Notes: generated by a model from the sequence alone, not told the origin. Positions 10,916 through 21,062 are shown, counted from the stretch's first letter. The stretch is DNA of 64,000 bases from Candidatus Deferrimicrobium sp. (GCA_035531115.1 DATKTP010000172.1:18965-82964); one strand, 5' to 3'. Made by a program: numbers and translations.

Positions 10916-11040
10916 GCATCCACCTGCCTTGGAACCAACTGGTTTGAGGGTAAAAATAAGTTGATACTATCCTATTTAATATCCACAAAAAGAATTCAAC
11001 CGCCGAGAAGGTTAAGTTTCAAGTAAAAAAAAGGGTCTAG

Positions 11041-11781
11041 TTAAGGGATAAATTCTTCAATTAGCCGTAGCACTTCTTCAAAATCCAAATTCTCCATGCG
11101 AATTACATTTGAATTGAGAATAGTCTCCAAAGAAGTAAATTTAACACTTTTACCAACCAGAATCCCTCTGCCTGCTTTATTCAACATCAAAAAATCATTT
11201 TCAGAATCCCCAATTGCAATTATCTGAGATCTGCTATATCCCAGCGATTTTGCAATTCGCAACATTATTCTGTCTTTATAGAAACCATCTTCATGCCCTT
11301 TTATTGCCTTTAATTGTTCATTCTCATCAAATTGAAACGTAGTTGTAGAGAAATAATCGTTAAACTGGAGAATTTCCTTTGCCAATGCACAAAATTCCCA
11401 TGGTGTTCCTGAGATCACATAGACCATATAATTTAATCGGCAGCGTTGTACAAAATTCTTTGCGCCTTCCTTTATTTTTAAATGCTGCTTAAAAAAAGTA
11501 ATGAAAAATTCTTTATTCAGTTTATAAAGGGTCGTTTTATTTAAGTCTCTCCATCGTAGGAAGATCTTCTGTGCCCATAAGGCATATTTCGACATATCCC
11601 TCATGAATTCTTCATATAAGAATTCATCCTCTTCTTTCGTCATACCCATTTCTAAGTTCAGATTCTTCCAAAAAGATACTTCTTCCGTTAATGTTCCCTC
11701 TAAATCGCAAAAAATGATCCCCTTCTTCTGATTTTTTGAATCCGGAAATTGAACTTTCCGATTCTCTTGCGTTAATTCCAT
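11041..11781 (-). CDS. HAD-superfamily hydrolase
   Basis: IAIGDSENDFLML motif (HAD motif IV). Confidence 0.6.
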   Translation of the reverse strand: MELTQENRKVQFPDSKNQKKGIIFCDLEGTLTEEVSFWKNLNLEMGMTKEEDEFLYEEFMRDMSKYALWAQKIFLRWRDLNKTTLYKLNKEFFITFFKQHLKIKEGAKNFVQRCRLNYMVYVISGTPWEFCALAKEILQFNDYFSTTTFQFDENEQLKAIKGHEDGFYKDRIMLRIAKSLGYSRSQIIAIGDSENDFLMLNKAGRGILVGKSVKFTSLETILNSNVIRMENLDFEEVLRLIEEFIP

Positions 11782-11916
11782 CTTTATCGAATCCCCTTTT
11801 TATTGTTAATTTATGATGTTTTCAGTTTTATCTATATCGACAATTTATCATTCGTTATGTTTTAAAGTTATTATAACCACTATAGTTACTGTAAATATTA
11901 TCATCTAAATAAGGAT

Positions 11917-12195
11917 GTGAAAATGATAACAACCACTATTCAAATATCAGATGAAGTACAGCGCAAATTATTTCAACTTATTAATAAAATGGAAAAAGAA
12001 TTAGGACGAAGAATTTCCTATAATGAAGCTATACAATATTTGCTGGACAAACAAAAATCAAAGGTGGATAAAAAACACTTTATTAAAAATTTAGAAAAAT
12101 TTCGGGGAACTCTAAAACCGGGTGAGGGGAAAGAATACTTAAAAGAAATGAGGGCATTAGAAAATGAGCGAGATAAAAGGATCGATCGCCATTGA
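11917..12195 (+). CDS. VapB-like (RHH/CopG-type) antitoxin
   Basis: 92 aa, overlaps downstream PIN gene by 32 nt. Confidence 0.5.
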   Translation: MKMITTTIQISDEVQRKLFQLINKMEKELGRRISYNEAIQYLLDKQKSKVDKKHFIKNLEKFRGTLKPGEGKEYLKEMRALENERDKRIDRH

Positions 12196-12589
12196 TACGG
12201 GTGTTCTAGTTGAATATATAGAGGATTCGGCACTCGGGAAAAAATTTAAAGAAAAAATTCTCGAAAATGACACCTTTGAAGAATTTCATATTAGTCCTTT
12301 AGTATATACAGAGATTCTGTATATTTATTGCCGAAGTATAGGATTTGATCAAGCAAAATTAACTGTTCAAAGTTTTTTAAAAGATTTTATTATCGCAGAT
12401 GAATTGCAATTACGAAACGAGGCAGCAAAATTAAAGTGTGAATATGCAATCTCAATTGCCGATTGTTATTCTATTGCTCTAGCAATAAGTAAGAATCTCT
12501 CTCTCTATATGAAAAAAGAGGCTGAACTGGAAAAGGCATTAATAAAAGCTAAATTTCCAATTGAAATCATATTTATTGATAATCTTTAA
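12164..12589 (+). CDS. PIN-domain ribonuclease (VapC-like toxin)
   Basis: IAIDTGVLVEY N-terminal acidic strand, SIADCYSIALA motif. Confidence 0.65.
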   Translation: MSEIKGSIAIDTGVLVEYIEDSALGKKFKEKILENDTFEEFHISPLVYTEILYIYCRSIGFDQAKLTVQSFLKDFIIADELQLRNEAAKLKCEYAISIADCYSIALAISKNLSLYMKKEAELEKALIKAKFPIEIIFIDNL

Positions 12590-12949
12590 TTTAAGATATT
12601 GTAAAATAATTTTTATTCAGTAACTATCAAACTATTCTTTTGTGTATAGCCTCGATTTATGTATAACGGATCGGTGCAATCAAGATTGCCCTCATTGTTA
12701 TGTTATTTCTATTGCTGTTGTAGTCGCGGTCGCGGTGGTAGGGGGTATTCTAATAGGCTGGCGACTCCGGCGGCGTTCATAAATATTAGGTTAAAGGTGA
12801 AAAAAAATTATTTGAACTTATTTAAGGAAATATGCAGTGAAAATGATTTGAATATCCATTGCGCAAATAGGCAACGCAGATTTATATATTACCCTTACCA
12901 TTCTTAAATTGATAATAATATATTAGATTTACTTCTGAAGGGGTTCTAT

Positions 12950-13792
12950 ATGGAAGATAATATTAAAAATCTGATACGGCAGGGGCAAGAAGCGCAGAAT
13001 AGGGGAGAGTTAGGTAATGCATTGGAATTCTTTCAACGCGCAAAAGAACTTGCGCAGAAAGGGGGATATATTCTACTTAGCTCAACCTGCCTCGATTTTA
13101 TCGGTATCATATATACGGTGAGGGCAAATTACAAAGAAGCACTTACTTATTTCCAGCAATCTATGCAAATAAAAGAAAGGACAGGCGATTTATTAGGACA
13201 GAGCAGACTTTTTAACAAAATTGGCGTTGTATATCATGCATGGGGGAAATATAGTGAGGCAATCTCTTATTATAACCAAGCATTACAGATGAAGAAAGAG
13301 TTAAGGGATTTAAAGGGGCAGAGCACGCTCTTGAACAATATTGGAAATCTATATAAACTTCTGGGGAAGTATAAAGAGGCACTTGATTCTCTCCGGAAAT
13401 CATTGCAAATAGCAAAAGAATTAAGTGATTTGAAGGGGCAAGTCACGATTCTCAATAATATAGGCGAAATCTATCGGGTATTAGGGAAGTATGAAGAAGC
13501 ATTTGATTATTATTGCCAATCTCTAAGGATAGCAGAAGAAACTGAAAATAAACAAGGACAAAGCACTGTCCTCAATAACATTGGTCTTGTATATTATGCA
13601 TGGAGAAAGTATGAAGAGGCGCTTACCTATTTTCACCAATCGCTGCAAATGCAAGAAGAACTGGGGCAGGAAACGGCGCAAAGCGTAACATTAACCAATA
13701 TCGGTGATGCCTATCGGTCACTAGGGAAGATTAAAGAGGCGCAAATATATTCTGAAAAGGCAATACAAAAAGAAAATGAATTGAAAAGTTGA
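12950..13792 (+). CDS. tetratricopeptide (TPR) repeat protein
   Basis: Six to seven 40-aa repeats LGKYxEAxxYxxQSLQI...GQSxxLNNIG; visible about 120-bp periodicity in the DNA. Confidence 0.8.
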   Translation: MEDNIKNLIRQGQEAQNRGELGNALEFFQRAKELAQKGGYILLSSTCLDFIGIIYTVRANYKEALTYFQQSMQIKERTGDLLGQSRLFNKIGVVYHAWGKYSEAISYYNQALQMKKELRDLKGQSTLLNNIGNLYKLLGKYKEALDSLRKSLQIAKELSDLKGQVTILNNIGEIYRVLGKYEEAFDYYCQSLRIAEETENKQGQSTVLNNIGLVYYAWRKYEEALTYFHQSLQMQEELGQETAQSVTLTNIGDAYRSLGKIKEAQIYSEKAIQKENELKS

Positions 13793-13812
13793 ATGGATAA
13801 TAACATCGATCT

Positions 13813-14274
13813 TTAATATAACCGATGAAACGCATGACTCTTAAAAAGCCAAATCTCTGAAGTAAATCCAGAAAGGTCTTCATTTTTTAGACGGCGTAAA
13901 TAATGGAATAGGTTTTTCTTCTTTTCTTCATCAGCAAGAAAAGATTGTATGATATTTCTAATTATTGATTCGAAGAGCGGTATGAGAACGAATACCTTTG
14001 AAAAATGCAACTCTCGCGCACTAGTGAATATGTTGGGGATGTTTGTATAATCTTGAATTGCAATGGTGAATATATTGCTACCATTCACGTGATTAAATTG
14101 AAAATGACCATCGTTATCAATAAAGAATTGATCAAATAAATCTGAATGTTTTTGTAATTCCATCCAGAAGGCCTTAGTGAAACAAATATTATTTCCCACG
14201 TACCTGAGAATATTGTAATTAATACCCACTTGTATATATTTAAAATCCTTTTTGGATAACACGATTGGCGACAT
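13813..14274 (-). CDS. hypothetical protein
   Basis: 153 aa ORF, no motif. Confidence 0.35.
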   Translation of the reverse strand: MSPIVLSKKDFKYIQVGINYNILRYVGNNICFTKAFWMELQKHSDLFDQFFIDNDGHFQFNHVNGSNIFTIAIQDYTNIPNIFTSARELHFSKVFVLIPLFESIIRNIIQSFLADEEKKKNLFHYLRRLKNEDLSGFTSEIWLFKSHAFHRLY

Positions 14275-14610
14275 ATTCCATTAAGAAACCCTTTGTAAAA
14301 AGATACGCTGCGATAGTATTTAAATTAACTCATTAAGAACCCCTACTGATCAATGAATTAATTATAAAATTCTTTTTCCGACTAAATTTTAATAAAGTTC
14401 CAATTTAGTTCAATTTTTAATTACAGCGTATTTTCTATTCCGCCGTGCCGACACAAAAGCGGCAGATTTATTAGGGGGGTTAAAGGGGGCTGTGTATGTC
14501 AGGTACGAGCTCGAAACTTAAATTTATAAAAACACGTTCAATCCCTGATTTCACTAATATAACCCCTCGATCCTAGTCCAAGGTTTCCTTTTCACTGATC
14601 GAGAAGGTCA

Positions 14611-15387
14611 ATGACTCAACTCCTATTGAAAAAATCGTCCATCGCTTATGACGATTTTGAATGGCTCCAGAAAGTCAATCCTTTTGTTGGTTTTTCGCTC
14701 CATGGCCCCAAAGAAATTCACGATGCCTTCTGCCAGATGGAAGGCAGCTATGACAAGACGCTGGCTTCGCTTAAAACCTCTATTAAGATGAACATTAATG
14801 CAGGGGTTATAACTTGTGTTACTAAATTAAATTATAATTATTATTACACATGGATCCAATCGCTTGTTGGATTAGGCATTTCAACTTTTTTTATTCTCTA
14901 TTTTTCCCCCCTTGGACGTGGAAACGGGCGTCATGATTTACAATTATCAAATGAAGAATGGATGTCACTGTATTTAAGTTTAAAAGACTATGTATTATAC
15001 TCAAACCTGCCACTAAATATCTACTTTGAAACATCAGTTTTTCAATCTCCTCCCCCTCTTTCCAGAGGCGCACGCACTTCCTGTTATATCTTCTACAATT
15101 CTAATTGTGTTGTAGATGCAAATGGCGATGTCTATCCTTGTATTCTTTTGCTTAGAAATCCGGAATTTCGATTGGGAAATTTCAAAATAAATTCAATGTA
15201 CGAGATTTGGAGTCGATCAAACCCTGAATTATGGGATACTAAGCTTCAATCAACATCAAAATGTGATGTTTGCTCTTCTCTTCCCATATGCAGAAAAGGA
15301 TGCCCCGCGTATTACAGTGCAGGATTAGACTTCCGGTGTGATGGAAAACATATTCCAATCTGCCCTTTATATACCGAATTATTATAA
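14611..15387 (+). pseudogene. radical-SAM/SPASM-domain protein remnant lacking the N-terminal CxxxCxxC/GGEP half
   Basis: Starts in the mid-rSAM motif VGFSLHGPKEIHD; C-terminal SPASM Cys cluster CDVCSSLPICRKGCPAYY; in-frame TGA 12 nt upstream of the ATG; no rSAM core in any upstream frame. Confidence 0.5.
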
Positions 15388-15438
15388 TTTCTTTCCAATA
15401 CTATTTAAAGGATAAATTTCCATAAGTACTCGGATAAA

Positions 15439-16257
15439 ATGTCAAAAGAAGGGAAAAAAACAGATAATGAGGAAAAAAAGGCTCGTATTTGGAAAATACG
15501 GGATTTAATTCAAGACCTTGAGGATGTTAAGGATAAAATTATTACGTTTTTGACTCAGGACGCCGAAATAGATAGTTCAACTCAGAACATTTGGGGAACA
15601 GATGTGAAGGAAGTATATTATAACATTGTTGCTGCTTGGGAGATGCTTGATGCTGCAGCTGGAGGCGAAATAAAATATGCCGAATCTTCTGAGGGATTCT
15701 TAGCAACTGCAAAAAGTCGGTTCGCACAGTGCTCAAGCGAATTAAAAGTGTTTGGGGATGAAGGATTACAACTTGATTCAGAATTAACTAATACTTTCGA
15801 AAAATGTTGTACTGCACTCAATATTGAATTAAAACCCTTAATTGCCCAGAAGGAACTAACCCCTCCATCTAAGAGGATAATCAAAGTCAGTGAAACGGAA
15901 TACAAACTACCTTGCTCGGTCTGTGGAGAAATTGCTGTATCTTTCTGGACTGGTATTCCGCAATTTTCTGATAAAGAATCGTTAATTTGTAGTGGTATTG
16001 TCCATCGCGCTGGTATTGCCCTCTCTGCCGCTAAACAAATATTTTCTTGGTTAGATCATGATCAAATTGCTGAAGTGCATTCCTATCTAGAGAAAAACAC
16101 TGTAGTCTTCGAAGAAGGGATTGATGCCTATTGTCCTGAGTGTGATAAAATCTATTGTTACTCCCATTATGATACTCGTGAAGAATGGGACGAGGGCTTC
16201 TATGATTGCACGTATGGAACTTGCCCAAAAGGGCATACCCGAATAATACACGATTAA
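15439..16257 (+). CDS. hypothetical protein with C-terminal Cys-rich zinc-ribbon-like region
   Basis: CSVCG...CPECDKIYCYSHY...CTYGTCPKGH. Confidence 0.45.
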   Translation: MSKEGKKTDNEEKKARIWKIRDLIQDLEDVKDKIITFLTQDAEIDSSTQNIWGTDVKEVYYNIVAAWEMLDAAAGGEIKYAESSEGFLATAKSRFAQCSSELKVFGDEGLQLDSELTNTFEKCCTALNIELKPLIAQKELTPPSKRIIKVSETEYKLPCSVCGEIAVSFWTGIPQFSDKESLICSGIVHRAGIALSAAKQIFSWLDHDQIAEVHSYLEKNTVVFEEGIDAYCPECDKIYCYSHYDTREEWDEGFYDCTYGTCPKGHTRIIHD

Positions 16258-16337
16258 TTATTATACCCCCTTTTTTTCCTTTTTTATCTATAGATTTCAA
16301 GGAAATTTCAAAACTGGCTGAGAGAGATCTCAGAAAT

Positions 16338-16812
16338 TTATAATTCTATTTCTCCTGCTCTTTTCAAAATTTCATTGATTAGTTCTTTATCGAGATAATA
16401 ACCCGCAGTTATAAATTTGAGAATGTAATCCTTTATAGAATTGATTAAGCCACTTTTTTTAGCTTTAATAAGAATTCCCAGAGTTCCTTGAATTTTTAAA
16501 TTAAGAGATTTAGCTATTTTACGCCCTTTCTTCTCATCAAGTAAAATTGGAGCTTTCATTTCATTAGCTAGGGTAATTGTTTCGGCTTCCCCTTCATCAA
16601 GTAAATTTATTAGCATTTTTAAAATATCGGACTTTTTAACCTCAACAACTTTTATCCAGTTCGTGTTAACTATCTTCTGCCCCTCAAGATTTTTTCAGTA
16701 ACTCAAGTTGAACCGCTTTAGGTATTATTATTTCTCTATAAAGTTCTTTTAAGAGCCAGAGAAGAGATATCTCATGAAGGACTATAAGGGGGCCTGTATT
16801 CGAAACTTTCAA
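16338..16812 (-). pseudogene. PIN-like DUF3368/COG2405 toxin, frameshifted
   Basis: N-part (frame A) ...LWLLKELYREIIIPKAVQLELLKKS* and C-part (frame B) WIKVVEVKKSDILKMLINLLDEGEAE...GTLGILIKAKKSGLI; frames switch at the T6 run 16690-16695; TTG start overlaps antitoxin stop. Confidence 0.55.
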
Positions 16813-17039
16813 GTCAAATCCTCGAGTTCTTCTCTTAAATCCTCCACATTAATATTGGTAAAAGAAATCTTCATTTTCCCAAGTTCATGAAGGAAATCCC
16901 AAAGTGATATTTCTGCTAGATCCGCCGCTTGTTTTAAGGTGATTTCTCCCTCATTAAATAAATTTGCAGCGACATGAATCTTGACTTTTTTTTCAGAAAT
17001 CTCAGCTGGAACTTTTATAATGATTGTTTTAGTAGTCAT
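16809..17039 (-). CDS. UPF0175-family antitoxin (partner of DUF3368)
   Basis: 76 aa, motif AADLAEISLWDFLHELGK. Confidence 0.55.
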   Translation of the reverse strand: MTTKTIIIKVPAEISEKKVKIHVAANLFNEGEITLKQAADLAEISLWDFLHELGKMKISFTNINVEDLREELEDLT

Positions 17040-17164
17040 CCTATATCCCTTTTTATACTAAAATAGTACGATTTTATCAAGAATAAAGTTTTTTTATATC
17101 TCAATTGTGTCTTAATATAAGTAAGATCTCGATAAAAATTAGTCGTTTATTTCGCTTCTATTAA

Positions 17165-17713
17165 TTAGAATTTACCTGGTGGAAATTCATTAAAGGATTC
17201 AAAAAACAGCCTTTTGAGGTCATTAAAAATAAGCTCTCTATTTTGAATTGTTAAATTAAATACTCTCACATCATTCCGTTGATATACTTTAGTAACAAAA
17301 GGATGCGTGATTTGCCCAATAGTCCCTAGTACTTTTTGGTAGTTCAAGGCATCCCAGACCGTCTCTTGAAATTCTTCAGAAACTAACTCCATTTTTCCAA
17401 TTTCATCAATTATAATTAACGCTACGTTTTTTTCAATAGATCTTTTTATCCCTAATACTCCAATCCGGTTAAGATCCTCTAACTTTACTCGATAACTTGC
17501 GACTTTTGGACCTTCTTTTTGATTGATATGCGCCAAGATACCTCGTTCGCCAGTCATCATGTCTACAATTTCAAAACCCAATCGACTTCGCTCTCTTATT
17601 TCAGGAGTATAGATACCTCCTAAAGTTTTTCCTTTTCGTTTAAATAGATCAACCAATTTTTGGATTAGGGTGCTTTTTCCGCTCCGGGGCTTCCCTCGTA
17701 TTAGAATATTAAT
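17165..17713 (-). CDS. THEP1-type nucleoside triphosphatase; probable ATT start
   Basis: IGVLGIKRSIE...IIIDEIGKMEL matches THEP1; Walker A (KPRSGKSTLIQK) lies in-frame upstream of the first canonical start (TTG 17656); frame opens at ATT 17713 preceded by AGGAGG. Confidence 0.65.
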   Translation of the reverse strand: MNILIRGKPRSGKSTLIQKLVDLFKRKGKTLGGIYTPEIRERSRLGFEIVDMMTGERGILAHINQKEGPKVASYRVKLEDLNRIGVLGIKRSIEKNVALIIIDEIGKMELVSEEFQETVWDALNYQKVLGTIGQITHPFVTKVYQRNDVRVFNLTIQNRELIFNDLKRLFFESFNEFPPGKF

Positions 17714-17724
17714 TAAGGATCCTC

Positions 17725-17946
17725 CTAACCATATTTCATCTTTAAAACGACATTACAGGTCGGACACTTTTTATTCAAATCAACAGTATACACGGAAAAC
17801 GTTCGCTGGCAGGTTTGACAGATTAGGATCGTTTGGAGAAGTGCCCCACAAGCTGGACATTCTTCGGTCTTTATTTGATCTGATAAAAAAAATTTTTTGC
17901 ATTGATCACAATACTTTTCAAATTGCGGTAATTTAAACGAAGCCAT
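17725..17946 (-). CDS. small zinc-ribbon protein (four CxxC pairs)
   Basis: CDQC...CPAC...CQTC...CPTC. Confidence 0.5.
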   Translation of the reverse strand: MASFKLPQFEKYCDQCKKFFLSDQIKTEECPACGALLQTILICQTCQRTFSVYTVDLNKKCPTCNVVLKMKYG

Positions 17947-17950
17947 ACCA

Positions 17951-18766
17951 TCAGGCCACCTTTTTACTCATAAAATCCGTTAAAGTTCGTTGCATTTTAA
18001 TTTCATGATAAGGAAGTCTCATATTTCTTTTAAATTCATTTGCATCTTGAGGTGAAAACCCTCTAAAATGATTGTTGAAGTTCACCAACGCTTCATGAAC
18101 CTCTGGGGATCGTTCAAAGCTGTTCAATTTCCGCTTCACTTCTTCCAGAATCTGATCTTGAGCACGTTGAATTCGGTTAAACTCCGTTAATTCACGATCT
18201 CCAACAAGCCTAATATAATAGGTACTTTGATTCGGTAAATAAATTGGCTGCACGCCTTCTTTATAATTGGTTACTAGCACAACATGCGATCCGTCTATAA
18301 AAGTAGTTAGGATCTCTGGATCAAACCAAGCAATATCGCGAAATTCTAGAAAAAGTGGTTTTTCTGTTGGTATTTCTTCTAATATTTTGGTTAAATATTT
18401 ATAATTCGCTTCAGAATATTTGAACCTAGGAGGGAATTGTAATAAATATCCTCTAATTTTAGGTTCAAGAACTTCTAATCGTGTGAAAAAGGATTCTATT
18501 AACGCTGATTTTTGAGTTCCCCCTTTCTCATGCGTAATTTTTTGCCATACTTTGACCGAAAACCGAAAACTCTCTGGAGTGCTACTCATCCATTGTCTGA
18601 CTACATTTTCGGCTGGGAGATTATAGAAAGTTGAATTAATCTCGGTAAAATCGAAGAATTTAGCATAATATGATAAGAAATGATCTTTTTTTAAGGTTTT
18701 TGGATAGAATGGGCCAATCCAATCGTTATAAGACCAGCCAGCACACCCAACTATGATTTTTAGCAT
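17951..18766 (-). CDS. DUF72 (UPF0759, YecE-like) family protein
   Basis: GCAGWSYNDW...FYP...YYAKFFDFTEINSTFY family pattern. Confidence 0.65.
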   Translation of the reverse strand: MLKIIVGCAGWSYNDWIGPFYPKTLKKDHFLSYYAKFFDFTEINSTFYNLPAENVVRQWMSSTPESFRFSVKVWQKITHEKGGTQKSALIESFFTRLEVLEPKIRGYLLQFPPRFKYSEANYKYLTKILEEIPTEKPLFLEFRDIAWFDPEILTTFIDGSHVVLVTNYKEGVQPIYLPNQSTYYIRLVGDRELTEFNRIQRAQDQILEEVKRKLNSFERSPEVHEALVNFNNHFRGFSPQDANEFKRNMRLPYHEIKMQRTLTDFMSKKVA

Positions 18767-18795
18767 GAATTATTGTTTCCTAATTTTGCTATCTC

Positions 18796-20502
18796 TTATT
18801 TAATATTAATTTTTTTTAAAAGGGCATTGAGTGGTAGGGTATTTAACACCTGTTGCTTTTCCAACCATCCGCGCCGTGCGACGGAAACGCCCAATTCCAT
18901 AAATTGTAGATGCTCAACGGAGTGGGAATCGGTTCCAATAGATAACAGGATTCCTTGTTGGCTGGCTTCCCGACAATTAACGTCCGATAAATCCAATCGA
19001 GGTGGATATGAATTAATCTCAAGAATTTTCCCATGTTTTCTTGCTTCTTCAAATATCTCAACTAAGTCAATATCGGATCCCGGACGTTTATTTAAAAGAC
19101 GACCCGTTGGATGTCCAAGAATCGTCAAATATCTATTAGATAATGCATGAGTAACCCGATCAGTTATTTCTTTCCTCGGCATTTTTAGTTTTGAATGAAC
19201 TGACCCAATTACAATATCGAGCTGTTTAAGAACCTCTTCCGATAACTCTAAATTTCCTTCAAGATCAATATTAATTTCAGCTCCTACAAAAACTCGAATA
19301 CCTTTTTCCTGTTTATTCAACTCATGAATATGTGAAATCTGCTCTTGAAGCTTTGTCTCATCAACCGCATTTGCAACAGCTAATGATCCTACATGATCGG
19401 TGATTGCAATGTACTCATATCCTCTTTTTTTAGCGGCTTCAATCATTTCCTCAATACTATTGGCTCCATCACTGTAATTGCTATGCATATGAAGATCTCC
19501 CTTAATATCCGCTACCTCAATTAAATGCGGCAGCGTATGGTTTTGTGCAGCCAAAATTTCTCCGCGATCTTCACGAAGCTCAGGGGGCATCCATTCCATA
19601 CCTAAAACTTTGTAAATTTCTTCCTCGGTCTTTCCTGCTACCTTCTCGTCAGTATCTTTTAAAAATAATCCATATTCATTGAGTTTATATCCCATTTGTG
19701 AGGCTATTGTGCGGAGCACTACATTATGTTCTTTCGAGCCTGTAAAATATTGTAATGCTGCTCCAAAACTATCATCTTCTACTACTCGCAGATCAACTTG
19801 GATATCTTTTTTCACGATCACTGTCGATTTCGTTGGTCCTTTTAGAGAAACTTCTTTAATCATTTCCAAAGACGTAAATACCTGCATAACTTTCTCTGAT
19901 TTATCTGAAGTAACTAATATATCTATATCGCGGATTGTATCTTTCTTTCTCCGTATGGAACCTGCCACGCTAATTTGTTTAACCTCTTTCAATTCTTTCA
20001 ATTTCTTGATTATTTCATCTGCAATAGGCAGAATTGTACCAAGTAGGGTCCGCTGCGGTTTTTTTATATTTTTAATGTTTTTGAGAATCGTCAGTTCGGT
20101 CTTGGGGCCAATTCCTTTAATTCTTTGGATTCGGTGCGATTGAGCTGCCTTTTCCAGATCATCAAGGCTTTTCAAGTGTAACGAATCATACAACAGTTTC
20201 GCAGTCTTGGGACCGATTTCTGGAATTTGAATCATTTTCAATAATAAGGGCGGTATCTGTTTTTTTAATTCCTCATAATATTCTAACTTTCCAGTCGTTA
20301 CTAGTTCTTTTATTTTCTCTTCAAGCGCTTTTCCTATTCCCGGTAATTTCTCTTTTCCCAAAACTTCTGCAATATTTTGACTTAAGCTCTCAATCGTCCG
20401 AGCTGCACGGCGATATGCTAAAAACTTCCATTGAATCTCTCCCTGAATCTCAAGGAGCTCCGAAATCTCATATAATATATCTACAATCTCTTGATTTCGC
20501 AT
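18796..20502 (-). CDS. polX: DNA polymerase X family with C-terminal PHP domain
   Basis: Pol-beta-like N-terminus (HhH, GSIRRKKDTIRDIDILV) plus PHP HMHSNYSDG. Confidence 0.85.
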   Translation of the reverse strand: MRNQEIVDILYEISELLEIQGEIQWKFLAYRRAARTIESLSQNIAEVLGKEKLPGIGKALEEKIKELVTTGKLEYYEELKKQIPPLLLKMIQIPEIGPKTAKLLYDSLHLKSLDDLEKAAQSHRIQRIKGIGPKTELTILKNIKNIKKPQRTLLGTILPIADEIIKKLKELKEVKQISVAGSIRRKKDTIRDIDILVTSDKSEKVMQVFTSLEMIKEVSLKGPTKSTVIVKKDIQVDLRVVEDDSFGAALQYFTGSKEHNVVLRTIASQMGYKLNEYGLFLKDTDEKVAGKTEEEIYKVLGMEWMPPELREDRGEILAAQNHTLPHLIEVADIKGDLHMHSNYSDGANSIEEMIEAAKKRGYEYIAITDHVGSLAVANAVDETKLQEQISHIHELNKQEKGIRVFVGAEINIDLEGNLELSEEVLKQLDIVIGSVHSKLKMPRKEITDRVTHALSNRYLTILGHPTGRLLNKRPGSDIDLVEIFEEARKHGKILEINSYPPRLDLSDVNCREASQQGILLSIGTDSHSVEHLQFMELGVSVARRGWLEKQQVLNTLPLNALLKKINIK

Positions 20503-20566
20503 CTCAGTCTTTCCTTTTTCCTTTCTAATTTAGATATTTAACTTTCTGCTTTAAAAAAATTTATTC

Positions 20567-20580
20567 AAAAAAAAAAAAAA
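20567..20580 (-). terminator. oligo-T tract (T14 on minus strand) downstream of gene ending at 20607
   Basis: A14 run on plus strand 27 nt past the minus-strand stop; archaeal oligo-T termination signal. Confidence 0.35.
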
Positions 20581-20606
20581 TGAATAGACCTACAATCCCC
20601 CTTTTT

Positions 20607-21062
20607 TTAAGGCAGTCCGGAGAAGACCGTGTAAGTTGAGATATTTATTGCTACTGGTAATAAATTGGTGACAGTCGTTTCTACATAAATCAATATTAAA
20701 ATGGAAGTAGTGGATAATATGAATGAAGGAATGTATAGTGGATCCATTTCAATTGTTAAAGTGCTCGAATAGGTGGTTCCCGGTTCCAATGTCGGAATTT
20801 GCTTTTGCGCCGTTCCTAAGTGTAGTCCTGGCTCCAAAATTATACTCGTGGTATCATTCACATAGAGATCAAGCTTAAATTTGATATCCTGAATGGGTAG
20901 AAATCCCCCATTATCTACAGTAAAATTATAGATGATGTCTAATGTATCATCATCAAAAATAAACGGGGTTCCGTTGTCATTATATACATACCCAGGTGGC
21001 TCATCAACAGATCCCCCAATCTGGGTAGCTGAGAACAGGACTACCATGAAGAATGAAGCCAT
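20607..21062 (-). CDS. predicted secreted/membrane-anchored protein, unknown
   Basis: N-terminal hydrophobic signal, C-terminal TM. Confidence 0.4.
   Translation of the reverse strand: MASFFMVVLFSATQIGGSVDEPPGYVYNDNGTPFIFDDDTLDIIYNFTVDNGGFLPIQDIKFKLDLYVNDTTSIILEPGLHLGTAQKQIPTLEPGTTYSSTLTIEMDPLYIPSFILSTTSILILIYVETTVTNLLPVAINISTYTVFSGLP

Noticed and set aside
12659-12907. 82-aa ORF with CCC/RGRGGRG composition in intergenic spacer
   Set aside because: The composition is driven by a GC-rich hairpin-like island. There is no start context or conservation signal. It is treated as non-coding (see GC-island finding).
14430-14550. Possible tRNA (GTTCAATCC T-loop-like motif at 14535-14543 and GC-rich segment)
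   Set aside because: No complementary T-stem, acceptor stem or D-arm could be paired on either strand, so it is not a cloverleaf.
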